From positions 1,449,523 through 1,513,522 of the forward strand of contig MU058463.1 in the NCBI GenBank assembly GCA_013265495.1: 64,000 bases of DNA. Direction: 5' to 3'. This DNA comes from Vicugna vicugna (Eukaryota). The translations under genes were made by a program, and so were the position numbers. The notes under the pieces were generated by a model. The model worked only from the letters and a program-made list of their open reading frames with translations. It was not told where the DNA came from and ran no database searches. The first letter of the stretch is position 1. Every line of letters begins with the position of its first letter. Below are positions 1 to 11,455 of the stretch, piece by piece.

Positions 1-940
1 TAGTTTCCTTTCTTATTCTTATTAAACCTGACTCGCATATTGGGATGGTTCCATGGAGGAAGAGTCCTTGTTTGTGGTAATTTGATTAAGTTTTTCCTTC
101 ACCTAATATTATTAGGATGGGAAATCCTCTATGTGATACTGGTCTGAATTTCCATTCAACTTCCTTTGTTAACTAGTTCCATTCACTTTCTGTGGCTAAT
201 CCATTTGCTACAACTAAAATCTTAATTTTTACGTATCTAGTGTCTTTTGGGGTCTTTAGCCAGGACAGACAACCACAAAAAAAAATGCATCTCTGGATGT
301 TCTGGAGATAAGACAAAATGCATCTCTTGATGTTCTGTTCTGCCCTTATCTTATTTATCATCCTCTCCTCACCCAATACCCAAAACTCACAATGAAACAA
401 ACAAGAGCTTATTTGAGAGCACATTGTGTGTCTGGTTCTCAGGGAAGTGCCACACTGAACCCTTTAACTTGATCCTGACAAAGTTGCTTCCTTGCTTCTG
501 TAAATTGGTGATAGTGATGAAGAAGCGGAAAAGATTAAAATAAAACAAAAACAAAAACACCACAAAGAGTAGAATCTGGGCAACCAGTCCTACACCGTTA
601 AAATCTGTCTGATGCCACCAATCTGAAACCCACAAACTTGCACATTGCAGCTATGACTATTTTAATATGAATTCATCTTGACCCTGAGAACAAATCTCTT
701 CTTATCACACAAATTAGATTCCATTACTTAAATGTCCTGAGTTTAATCTATTTCCAGTACAAAGGCCTAATTTCTCATAGGTATGATATTGATTTGAGAC
801 TCCAGAGAAAGTGTCTTTGACAAAATTACTAAAGCAGACTAAGGATAGAGATGATCAAGGTCATAAACCATTAAGTTCTCTGTATCTCCTACTGATCCAT
901 GTTTGAAAAACACAAAGTAACTTGTCCAGACAAATCACTA

Positions 941-1625
941 CAGGCAAACCTCCAATATATTACTGCTTCCATTCCAGACCACTACAATAAAATGAATATT
1001 ACAACAAAGTGAGTCACACAATTTTTTTCATTTCCTGTTGCATTTAAAAGTTATGTTTACACTATAATGTATTCTAATAACTGTGCAATAGAATTATATC
1101 TAAAAATACAATGTACGTGCCTTAATTTTTAAAATATTTTATTGCTAAAAAATTGCCAACCTTCATCTGAGTCTTTAGCAAGTCATCCTAATCTTTTTGC
1201 TGGTGGAGGGTCTTGCCTCAGTGTTGATGGCTGCCGGTGGTGGTGGTGGTTGCTGAAAGTTGGGGTTGCTGTGGCAAATTCTTAAAATAAGACAACAATG
1301 GAGTTTTCTGCATTGATTGACTCTTCCTTTTTTGAAAGATTTCTCTGTAGCCTGCAATACTGTTTGATAGAATTTTATCCATAGTAGAACTTCTTTCAAA
1401 ATCAGAGTCAGTCCTCTCAAACTCTGCTGCTGCTTTATTGACTATATTTATATAAGATTCTAAATCTTTTGTTGTCATTTCAACAGTCCTCATGGCATCT
1501 TCACCACGAGTGGTTTCCATCTCGAGAAACCACTTTCTTTGTTCATCCATAAGAAGCAACTCCTCATTCGTGAAAGTTTTATCATAAGATTGCAGCAATT
1601 TGGCCACATCTTCAGGCTACACTTC
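941..1625 (-). mobile_element. Tigger1 DNA transposon (TcMar-Tigger), 3' part with terminal inverted repeat
   Basis: TA at 939-940 is followed by the TIR-like CAGGCAAACCTC..TTCCAGACCACTACAATAAA. ORF 1218-1607(-) translates as the Tigger1/TIGD1-like transposase C-terminus ([40 protein letters not shown]). Confidence 0.93.
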
Positions 1626-2780
1626 CTTTTTCAAAATTATATTTTAATTGAAATATAGTTGATTTACAATGTTGTATTCATTTCTGGTGTACAGCAAAGT
1701 GATTCAGTTATACATTTTTTCACATTCTTTCCCATTATAGCGTATTACAAGATATTGAATATAGTTCCCTGTGCCATATAGTAGGACCTTGTTGTTTATG
1801 CATTTTGTATGTAGTAGTTTATATCTGCTAATCCCAAGCACCTAATTTATCTGTCCCCATGCCTTCCCCCTTTGGTTTCCGTAAGTTTGTTTTCTACGTC
1901 TGTGTCTGTTTTTGTTTGGTAAATATGTTCATTTGTATCATTTTTTAGATTCCATACATGTGATATCATGGTATTTGTCCTTCTTTGTCTGACTTACTAC
2001 ACTTAGTATGATAATCTCTAGGTCCATCCATGTCACCACAAACGGCATTATTTCATTCTTTCTTATGGGCTGAGTAATATTCCACTGTATATATACATGA
2101 CATCTTCTTTATCCAATCATCTGTCTGTCGACATTTAGGTTGCTTCCATGTCTTGGCTATAGTGAACAGTGCTGCTGTGAACACTGAGGTGCAAATATCT
2201 TTTTGAATTAGAGTTTTCTCCAGAAATACACCCAGGAGTGGGATTGCTGGATCACACGGCACTCCATTTTTTGTTTTTTAAGACTCTCTGTACTGTTTTC
2301 CATAGTGGCTGTACCAATCTACATTTCTTCCAACAGTGTAGGATGGTTCTTTTTTCTCCACACCCTCTCCAGCATTTATTATATATAGACTTTCTACTGA
2401 TTCTAACCATTCTGACCAGTGTGAGGTGATACCTCATTGTAGTTTTGATTTGCATTTCTCTAATAATCAGTGATGTTGAACATTTTTTTACCATGTGCCT
2501 ATTGGCCATGTGTATGTCTTCTTTAGAAATATGTCTATTTAAGTCTTCTGCCCATTTTTGATTGGGTGGGTTTTTTTGTTGTTGTTATTGAGTTGTATGA
2601 AGTATTTGTGTATATTTTGGAAATTAAGCCCTTGTTGTTTGCATCATTTGCAAGTATTTTCTCCCAGTCCATAGGTTGTTTTTTTGTTTTGTTTTGTTTA
2701 TGGTTTCCTTTGCCATGCAAAAGCTTATGCTTGACTAGGTCCCATTTGTTTATTTTTGCTTTTATTTCTATAGCCTTGGG
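1626..2780 (-). mobile_element. 5'-truncated LINE-1 (ORF2 end + 3'UTR) inserted into Tigger1
   Basis: Minus-strand ORFs give L1 ORF2 C-terminal motifs ([40 protein letters not shown]). TSD caggct(a/c)cacttc at 1613-1625 and 2781-2793. Confidence 0.95.
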
Positions 2781-3298
2781 CAGGCTCCACTTCTAATTCT
2801 AATTCTAGCTTTCTTGCTATATTTGCCACATCTGCAGTTACCTCTTCCTCTTGAAATCTTGAAACCCTCAAAGTCATCCATTAGGGTTGGAATCAACTTC
2901 TACCAAACTCCTGTTAATGTTGATATTTTGACCTCGTCCCATGAATCGTGAATGTTCTTCATGGCATCTAGAATGATGAATCAAGTCCAGATCTATCAGA
3001 GGAATCACTATTTACATCAGCTATACCCTTACAAAATGTATTTCTTAAATAAGATTTGAAAGTTAAAATCACTCCTTCATCTATGGGCTGCACAATGGAT
3101 ATTGTGTTAGCAGGCATTAAAACAACATTAATCTCATAGTATATGTCCATTAGGGCTCTTGGATGACCAGGTGCATTGTAAGTGAGCAGTAATGTTTTGA
3201 AAGCAATCCTTTTTTCTGAGCAGTAGGTCTCAACAGTGGGTTTAAAATATTCAGTAAACCATATTGTAAACAAATGTGCTGTCATCCAGGCTTTGTTG
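2781..3298 (-). mobile_element. Tigger1 continuation (transposase DDE region), truncated
   Basis: ORF 2968-3285(-) reads [47 protein letters not shown], a degraded Tigger1 transposase. Confidence 0.93.
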
Positions 3299-3380
3299 TA
3301 GGATGCTCAGCTGGTGTCCCAGAGTTGCTTGTTGGTATAGAGAAACCCTCAGCCCCCATATTGGAATTGAGTGCAGAGCC
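3299..3380 (+). mobile_element. ERVL-class LTR 3'-end fragment (MER21-like)
   Basis: tgtaggatgctcagctggtgtcccagagttgcttgttggt...aaaccc resembles a recalled MER21 3' end. Confidence 0.45.
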
Positions 3381-4084
3381 TTTTAAATCTTTTGTCTGAA
3401 ACGTGTGGCTTTCCTGCTCCAGAAAACTAGAGGCTGATAAATTTCCGTTTGGAGTAAGTTTGTTTATTGGCCTTAACAGAGCCTATCTCTAGGAACACAA
3501 AACAAAATAAAAGAAAATCAGCTCGATGGAAGCAAAAACTATACTAAATACATATGTAACTACAATTGCCTTCATATTTCTGCAAACTTGGTATCCTTCC
3601 CTTCATCCTTTATTTTTGCTGATTTTAGTTTTTAAGAATGCCTCAGACTTGTTTTTTATATCCTCCACAGTGCCTAATGAAATATCTTGCACATGGGTAT
3701 TTAATTATTACTGAGTGTCAATCAAGTCTTGGTAAAAAATATCAATCCATTGCCAAAATTATATTAACTACCCTTTCAATTTAACAAATTTCCATTTGTA
3801 AGATGACAAAGCAAGGAATACAATCAATGTTTGGTAAGTTATATATCCAAAATTTTGACCTTAGCAAGTGTAGAATGTAACATGGGACAAATCATTAATA
3901 TTTGCCATTTTTTGCTCAAAAAGAATGTCGTCCAGAATCATCTTACATAAATACTGATTTTATATAATTTATTGCTCATTTTAGCAGTATTTATCTTAAT
4001 CTTCTGGCTTTTTATTTTACTTATTTACAAATTTAAATGCTGTAGCACTGTCTTTCAGGTAAGGAATATATGAATTGGAAATGA

Positions 4085-4269
4085 CATTTGACCTTGAAAA
4101 ACATGAGCTTGAACTGTGTTGGTCCACTTATAAGCAGATTTTTTTTTCAATAAATATGTGCTACAATGCTATATGATCTGTGGTTGGTTGAATCCACAGG
4201 TGCAAAACCATGGATACAAAGAGCCAACTGTAAAATCATACTCAGATTTTTGGCTGCTTGGGTCAATTG
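4085..4269. mobile_element. Tigger2-derived MITE (MER8-like)
   Basis: Starts ttgaccttgaaaaacatgagcttgaactgtgttggtccactta and ends gggtcaattg (Tigger2-type TIR). Internal ggttggttgaatccacagg. Confidence 0.7.
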
Positions 4270-4924
4270 TGTTTGGCAATACAGAGTAGGTCTTATTAAA
4301 TATATTAAGAATTTTACATATCTTGATATCCATATTATTCTTAGCATAGTAGAAGGCAATTGATAAATATCGCAGGATGAAAAATAGTTTTATTAAATAA
4401 TTTATTAAGCAAAAAGATGGAAATTAGAAGACAGCATCATCATTTATTCATTAAACAACCACTATTTCAAAGCAGTTTCTTAGTATCACCAAATCATCCC
4501 CATGAGTTAGGCATTAACAACTTAATACTATATTAGAGACATGGAGAGTGCGTAAGACAAAGGTCTCACAACAGTAAGTTGAGCAAGTATTCAAATAATC
4601 TTAGGTTTTTTTCACCCACCTGTGACTTAGTGGCTTTCTCACAAAATTTAATGAATATTACGTGTGGACAATACATTTAAAAGTTACTTACTTCCAACCC
4701 ATAAACAATTCTACCACTTTGAATTATGTTAATTATGCTAAGTAGATTAGATTACCTCATATCCTAATCATTTAGTAAAGTGAAAGGAAATGATCTATGC
4801 CCACAAGGAAAAAAACGGTGTGAGTTCCAGTGGAGAATATGCCATAGCTGAAATTTTACAAGAATAAAACTTCATCAAGAAAAACATTTCCCTTAGCAAT
4901 GCTGCCCTCCAGGCTCACTTATAA

Positions 4925-5340
4925 GCCAACCACAGAAGGACAAATATTTCATGATTCCACTTATATGAAGTATCTGTAATAGTCAGACTCACAGAAACAG
5001 AGTATAAGAGTGGTTGCCAGGGCTGGAGTGTTGGAGAAATGGTGACGTGTTATTCGATGAATATCAAGTTTCAGTCACACTCGAAGACTGTTGGATCTCT
5101 CATAGAATATATTGCCCAGAGTTAACAGTATTAGTTAACAGTATTGTGCACTTCAAAATTCATTGAGGTAGAGCTCCTGTTACGTCTTCTTACCAAAGGA
5201 GAAAAGAGAGAGAATGACCCAAGGAAACTCTGTGACGTTTTGGATGTCTGTGGTGTTTGCATATGCCTAAACTCATCAAATTGTACACATTAAAGATGTG
5301 CAGTTCTCTGTGTATCAATGATGTCTCAGTAAAGTTTTTT
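4925..5340 (+). mobile_element. Ancient L1M 3' end
   Basis: aaggacaaatatttcatgattccacttatatgaagtatc...gtggttgccagggg...aactcatcaaattgtacacattaaa. Confidence 0.8.
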
Positions 5341-6240
5341 TTTTTAGGAAAGGATGATAATTCCTACTTAACTAGATTTGTGCTATTTTTAAAGTGCGTA
5401 TGATTTATCTATTTCATACCATCTTCTCATTTGTTAAAAACAAAAGGATAGACTTCCTGTACAAACCTGTGGGCATTCCACAAGCAGCATGGCTGTGGAG
5501 TCAAAGAGTGAACAAGAAGTGCAGAGGTCTATCCACTAGAAGCATAGGATATTTTAAGTTATTCGTTGCATGTGCATATAACAAGCCTCCTCTTTTATCA
5601 ATAACTCATTTAGGTACAGATACCACTAGTATAATGAGCAGCTACTCTATCTCAGTCACTGTTCTCATAATTGTCATCTAATCTTTCACATCTATAGGTC
5701 TAGCAATTGACCAATGAGGAGCTGGCATGGCAAACAAAGACAAATAAACATATGATAATGAAAGCAGTGACTGTAAAGAGAAATCAAAGGAGGTTAATAC
5801 ATCTTGGCAGTTGCCTGTCATTACTTGTTTACAACAGTGTTCCATGCCTCTGCTGAACTCTCCTCTGGAATCCTTAGATTGCTTCCCATGACGCTCTGCC
5901 CCATCCTTACCCTTGCTTCCTTGTCTTGAGTTCTGCTCTAATATTCTTCTGCTCAATTCATCATCACTTAAATGTCCAACTCCTTCAGGAATCTCCATGC
6001 ATTATGACTTTCATATAAGGATGGATAACCCTTTCCATCTAGAAAAATAAAATTGTCTGAGACACCCACAGCAGTACAAATTCCAAAGTTTGAGTATCAG
6101 AGTCTAAAATGATAACACATGGTGGTTGTGGTATGTGTGGGTGAAGATGCCTAAGTCCCTCCCCATGGGGGTCCCTCCATCATTCTGTGGTAAACCAATC
6201 TCACATCGCCTATGGCCTGAAGTTCTCAGTTTCCTCTTGG

Positions 6241-6296
6241 ACACACACACATACACATACACACACACACACACACTCTCTCTCTCTCTCTCTCTC
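6241..6296. repeat. Compound (CA)n(CT)n microsatellite
   Basis: Read directly from the sequence. Confidence 0.95.
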
Positions 6297-6799
6297 ATAC
6301 GTATGCATATACATCTCTAGGGAATATTTTTGAAACATATTATAGTCAGAGTTAAAACAAAATTTCCCCAGAAGGCATACACACCTCTGAGATTCCTTTC
6401 ACCTTAAAAAGGGATGTATTAGTGCATATAAAACAATGCCATTGAAGTGCCTGCTCTGGAGTCCTTAATTCAGCTATTCTAACCCTTCCAGAATGCAAAA
6501 TAGACTGTGACTGAAAAATAGCTATTTATTATATCTAATTCCATTATAAAATAAAACTAAGTACACAAGTGTAGCATGTAAGTTCAACATAAACGTCTGT
6601 CCTTATTTAAAACACATTAGAATCACAGAATCCATTCATTTGCTTATTCACATTCATCCAATAAACACAGAAATAAGACATTTGATCTATCTCCTAATTA
6701 CCTTTTTTGATTCCCCTAATTATTCCTAGAGAATTCCTCGAAGTTCATGGAATAAGAGTAAATAGTAAATATTACATAACAAGCTTTATAAAATTCCCG

Positions 6800-7201
6800 T
6801 ATTAGTTTGAGTTCACCCAGAAGTAAAGCCTGAGACATGCAGCTAGTTAATGTGGAAGTGACCCAAGAGGGGGAAAAAAGCAAGGGAGCAGGAACAGTGA
6901 GACAGGTCTGGAAGAAAGGCCATTCTAAGGATGAGTACTTCAGATCCAGTCTGCCAGGAAACATATAGAATGCTTCAGAGAACTGGCTTTCCAAACATTC
7001 AGGCTGTGATTGCACATAAGCTGAGCAGACTCAGGCAGACCAACTTTTGAGAAGACCCTGAGGCAAAAAATTAGAGAAATACGTAATGAATATTCGAGAC
7101 GGAATGCTGTCAATGAACAGGGAATCTTCACCAATTGTGCACTTAAAATTCTAGGCAGATCTACAAAAATGTGACTTGGGGTATCAAAAGCATCTGTTAC
7201 A
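6800..7201 (-). mobile_element. ERVL solo LTR (LTR33/LTR16-like)
   Basis: tattagtttgagttcacccagaagtaaagcctgagaca...ggaagtgacccaag...agtgagacagg, ending aaagcatctgttaca. Confidence 0.6.
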
Positions 7202-8044
7202 ACTTCATAAAAATCGTCTTCAGCTGTCCTATGCAGATAACTAATGGCTTCTGTGTAGCAGGTACCGACCATGCTTTTCTATCTTTTCTCTCACTTCCAA
7301 CACTTTTTGAGATGTTATATATGAATGTGTTTCACAATATTAAAATGCAAGTAAATTTAATGTAACATTTATGCGATCCTTTTAAAAAATCAATTTTACT
7401 AAACTATATTGATTGTCTAAATTATTTCCTTTCCAACCAGTTGTGCATTGTAAAGTTCACAACCAGAGGTTGAGAAATTGAATATAGCCTACTAAAGCAC
7501 CTGGCCTGAGCTGGGTTTGTAAAATTCCGTAGGATATTCTATTGTTGATATTATTGAATGATTCAAATCCTTGCATTAGATTCCTATCAAGTAGGGCCAG
7601 CCAAATTTTTATTTAATTATTGCCTGATACACTTTAAAAATTCAGAATATAATAGTGACATATATTAATAGCTATTCAGATTACCCACATCCTTTCTTTG
7701 TTAAACAGAAATTTGAAATTCTATGTTCTTTTTATAGGTTTTATTGTGCATGGGTAAAATAAATCACATTCTGGGAATTGAGAACTATGGAAATTGGATT
7801 AAATTGTTCTCGGTTCTAATTACTTTGATTACAGAAAAATAATATACATTTTCCTCCTAAAAAATATCCTGTGTAATGACTGACATATAAACAGCAATTG
7901 GCTCACAACATCCTATAAAATCAAAAGATTTCATCTGAACTTCAAAGAATCAGCCCCTCTTCTGTAATTCCAGAACTATCTATGATTACTTTCTTTGAGC
8001 AGGTGATGTTTATTAGCAAGGAAGTGACATTAGATTGCATCACA

Positions 8045-8204
8045 TGCCTTCCTTTACAAAATGCAGTCTCTGGACAGGACTTGAGAGGCTGTTAGAAATG
8101 TGGAAATTCAGGCTGCTCCCCCAGATAGACTGAATCACAATCTGCAAATCTAAAAGAGCCTCACTTAATTCACATTCACTTGCAATTTGAGAAACACAGC
8201 TCTA
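8045..8204. mobile_element. MER5A-like hAT-Charlie MITE
   Basis: tgttagaaatgtggaaattcaggctgctcccccag..actgaatcacaatctgca..tttgagaaacacagctcta. Confidence 0.7.
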
Positions 8205-8339
8205 AGTGATAGTTTTTCTTATTGAAAATATATCCTATTTATGGAATTGGAGGTGGATGGTGATAATGTTCTTTGTTTTTTATAACAGTTAGGCCACAGG
8301 CTTTCTTCCCCCGGCTTGAACAACAAAACCGGCTGGTTG

Positions 8340-8545
8340 GCCGCTCCACAGCTACCCCCAAATTCCTTCCTCCTAATTTTATTGTTAAGCTCCTTCTTTG
8401 ACAGGGCCAGGGTCTTCGTGAACAGTGAGACTATTCCTGGTACCATGGAGTGAACCATGACTATTTAAAACCAGTTCTATTGTTTCCTTCTTTTTACCTG
8501 AGATGTGTTTAGGCTTGGGCATGTGGCCATATTCTCAGCAAATTT
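8340..8545 (+). mobile_element. Old LTR fragment (MLT1J/K/L-like)
   Basis: gaaccatgactatttaaaaccag..gtttaggcttgggcatgtggccatattc resembles an old MaLR LTR core. Confidence 0.4.
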
Positions 8546-8977
8546 AAACTAATCTTTTGTATTGGATGAATCTTGTAGAAGAAGTCTATAGAGAATTATT
8601 GTTCAAAGTAATTATAAGCTAGAAGACATCAGCAAAGACATATCAGAATTTTGAGGGAGGAGATAGCTTTTAATTTTAAAGCACAGGTGAATTTTTCTGT
8701 ACTATTCATGTATATTGCTATTTATTTTCAGTTTATTCAAGAATAATTCCTCCTATGGTCTCTATTACTCATAGACCAAAAAAAAAAAAAAGTGCTCTAA
8801 GAAAATCTATGTATCACAATCTCAAATTTAGAGGTAATATTTATGTTTTAAAAAATCTGTCTTCTCACAGATGAACTTTTGTATTTTGGAAATGCAAAAT
8901 CTCTTTCATGAGATTTGGAATTGGTTAAATGAGTAATGGTGACCCTAAATTATTTCTTTGTTCTTCTCTATTACATC

Positions 8978-9485
8978 TTTTTTTTTTAAATTGTGGTTGA
9001 TTTACAATGTCTCAGGTATACAGCAAAGTGATTCAGTTATATATACGTATATATATATATTTTTTTCTCTTTCAGATTCTTTTCCATTATAGGTTATTAC
9101 AAGATATTGAATATAGTTCCCTGTGCTATACAGTAAGAACTTGTTTTTAATCTATTTTATATATAGTAGTGTGTATCCATCTGCTAGCCCCAAACTCCTA
9201 ATTTATCCCTTCCCCACCTATTTCCCCTTTGGTAACCAGAAGTTTGTTTTCTATGTCTATTTCTGCTTTGTAAATAAGTTCAAGTGTATCATTTATTAAA
9301 TTATAAGTGATATTATATGATATTTGCCTTTCTCTGTCTAGCTTACTTCACTTAGTATGATACTTTGTAGGTCCATCTATGTTGCTGCAAATGGCATTTT
9401 TTCATTCTTTCTTATGGCTGAGTAATATTCCATTCTGGTGTATATATACCAGAATATATGCAACTTCTTCATCCATTCATCTAAT
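8978..9485 (-). mobile_element. LINE-1 3' end (cetartiodactyl-type)
   Basis: Poly-T, then ttgatttacaatg..cagcaaagtgattcagttat..tattgaatatagttccctgtgctatacagta. Same family as 1626-2780. Confidence 0.92.
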
Positions 9486-11183
9486 GACCTTAAATTTAAA
9501 GAAGTCAGAAGGCACTCTGTTTGAAAAAGGTCATCAGAGAGGTAAGAGCTAAGACCATGCTACTTTACTGCAGATCTAGGGAAAAAGCAGTGCCAATTTG
9601 CTCAATGAATTTCCTTTCCCTATTGACATAACCCTGGGAAATAAGAGTAGAAGTTTTATTGCCACAATTTTCTAACTAAAATATCTGAGTTTTAAAAACC
9701 TTATGCTTTCAATCTCTCAAAGAAATATCTTTCTCAAGATCTGATTCCTAAATTTCAAATAAGGACCCACGGATTTAGCAGGGAAAACAGTACGGTCTTT
9801 TTAAAGTTGGAAATTAATTTTCAGGAAGATTTCTAGCCCCTATCTTTCTACCAACAAATTACAACAGTTAATCTGAGATAGAATAAAAGGTTCTATTAAA
9901 AGATGTATTCTTTTACTTTCTAATCTGAGTAAATTTTATGGTTTACCCAGTCCAGTGCTATGATTTTATAAACGAATAAACTGAAGTCAGAGGGTTTAGG
10001 TGGTTTCCCCAAAGCCATACCTAATTAGTGCCAGAATCATGACTAGACACCATATTTCCTGGCACTCAGCCTTAGGATTCACCCTGCCTCTTGCTCTCAT
10101 AATCATCAAAATCTCCAATGAATCATCCATATGGTTCACAGCACACTCTTACATGTGTATTAGTTATATGACAATGATATTCTTAGTTTCATACTCTGGA
10201 TATATGTAGAGATATAAACCACCCTGATATCCTAAAGCTGTTTCCTAGCAACAGGATAAGAAAAATTTTGTTTCTGATTGTGTACATTTTTGTTTCCGAA
10301 AGAGGTTTGTAACCAAATTTTTTGATTGGAACACAGAGTGAACGTAATGATTACATATTTTTCTTCTATCATTTGACTCTATGTTTTTCTGTTCATTTGC
10401 TATGAAAAATGTTGAGTCAGTTATAGATTTTTGAAAAAAAATTATACTCTCTGAAACTTATGACGTAAAATTGTGAAAATCATTATTGGCCAATGTTTGA
10501 GGGTCACAATTTTCTTTCAGTAAAATTTAAACTTCCTGTTCTAGTAACCTGGAAATTATATAATCCCTAGGTTGAATTGTTACATGTTCATCTTTTTATA
10601 GCTAGATGGCTTTTAGTTGCTTCTGTAATCGAGGTATATGTTGTACAATTTCAGGATGTCACATTACAGTAGTACGTATCCACAAATATTTTCAATCTCT
10701 ATTTACTGTAATCCTATTTTAATTTCATTTCTTATGGACCCTTATGTGTGTAGTTTTCTATCATTGTTATATAGCTGATACCTTTATAATTATTGGCATT
10801 TATATCCTAACAAATTCAGGAAGTTGACCAATCTGCAGATTTTTTTCTCTTAACAGGAAAATATGGTAATTATAAAATATTTTAGATAATAAAAACTCTA
10901 CATCCATGTTATCTCAATGTAGGCAATCATTCTATCTCTAACAATCTGATAGGTGGTTATCCACAATTAGGTTGATTTCCGATCGCATTCCATTCAAATT
11001 GATGGAAAAGTACTTGCTTATATGGAGTTGCTCTTCATAACTTCAATGCATTGGATTTAGTTTGGCCTTTAGAGTACTGTAGAATAAGTCTTTTCAAAGT
11101 GATAGGGGTTTTTGTTTGTTTTTTTTTTTAAATTAGACATTAGTCACCGTATTGCACTTCCCTGTCCTCTTTTCCAGCCCTGA

Positions 11184-11233
11184 AATGATGATGATAATGA
11201 TGGTGGTGATGATGATGGTGATGATGATGGTGA
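11184..11233. repeat. (GAT/GGT)n trinucleotide repeat
   Basis: tgatgatgataatgatggtggtgatgatgatggtg. Confidence 0.85.
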
Positions 11234-11455
11234 TATTTACTAAGCATGTATTGTGGGCCAGAAAACAGTCCTAGCCTTTCACATGCATTAGCTTGCTTAA
11301 TTCCCTCAACAGACCCACAAAGGTGATACTAGTATTCCCACTTACCATGTGAGAAAACTGCGACTCAGAGAGATTACACTGTTCTCTAACAGTCATATCA
11401 GCTAAGAAACTAGAAGCAAGAAGGAAACTCCAGTTTCTCTGACATCAAAGCCAAG
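11234..11455 (-). mobile_element. MIR SINE
   Basis: Core atgtgagaaaactgcgactcagagagatt, with atttactaagcatgtattgtgggccag. Confidence 0.8.

Noticed and set aside
282..337. 23-bp direct repeat with a 10-bp spacer (CRISPR-like spacing)
   Set aside because: Only two copies in mammalian DNA; a small local duplication. Similar micro-duplications occur at ~5120-5145, ~36140-36166 and ~48505-48545.
1218..3285. TIGD1-like ORFs as a domesticated gene
   Set aside because: They are interrupted by an L1, truncated, and the catalytic-region motifs are degraded (YNAPGH, QPIDEG). This is an ordinary Tigger1 fossil.
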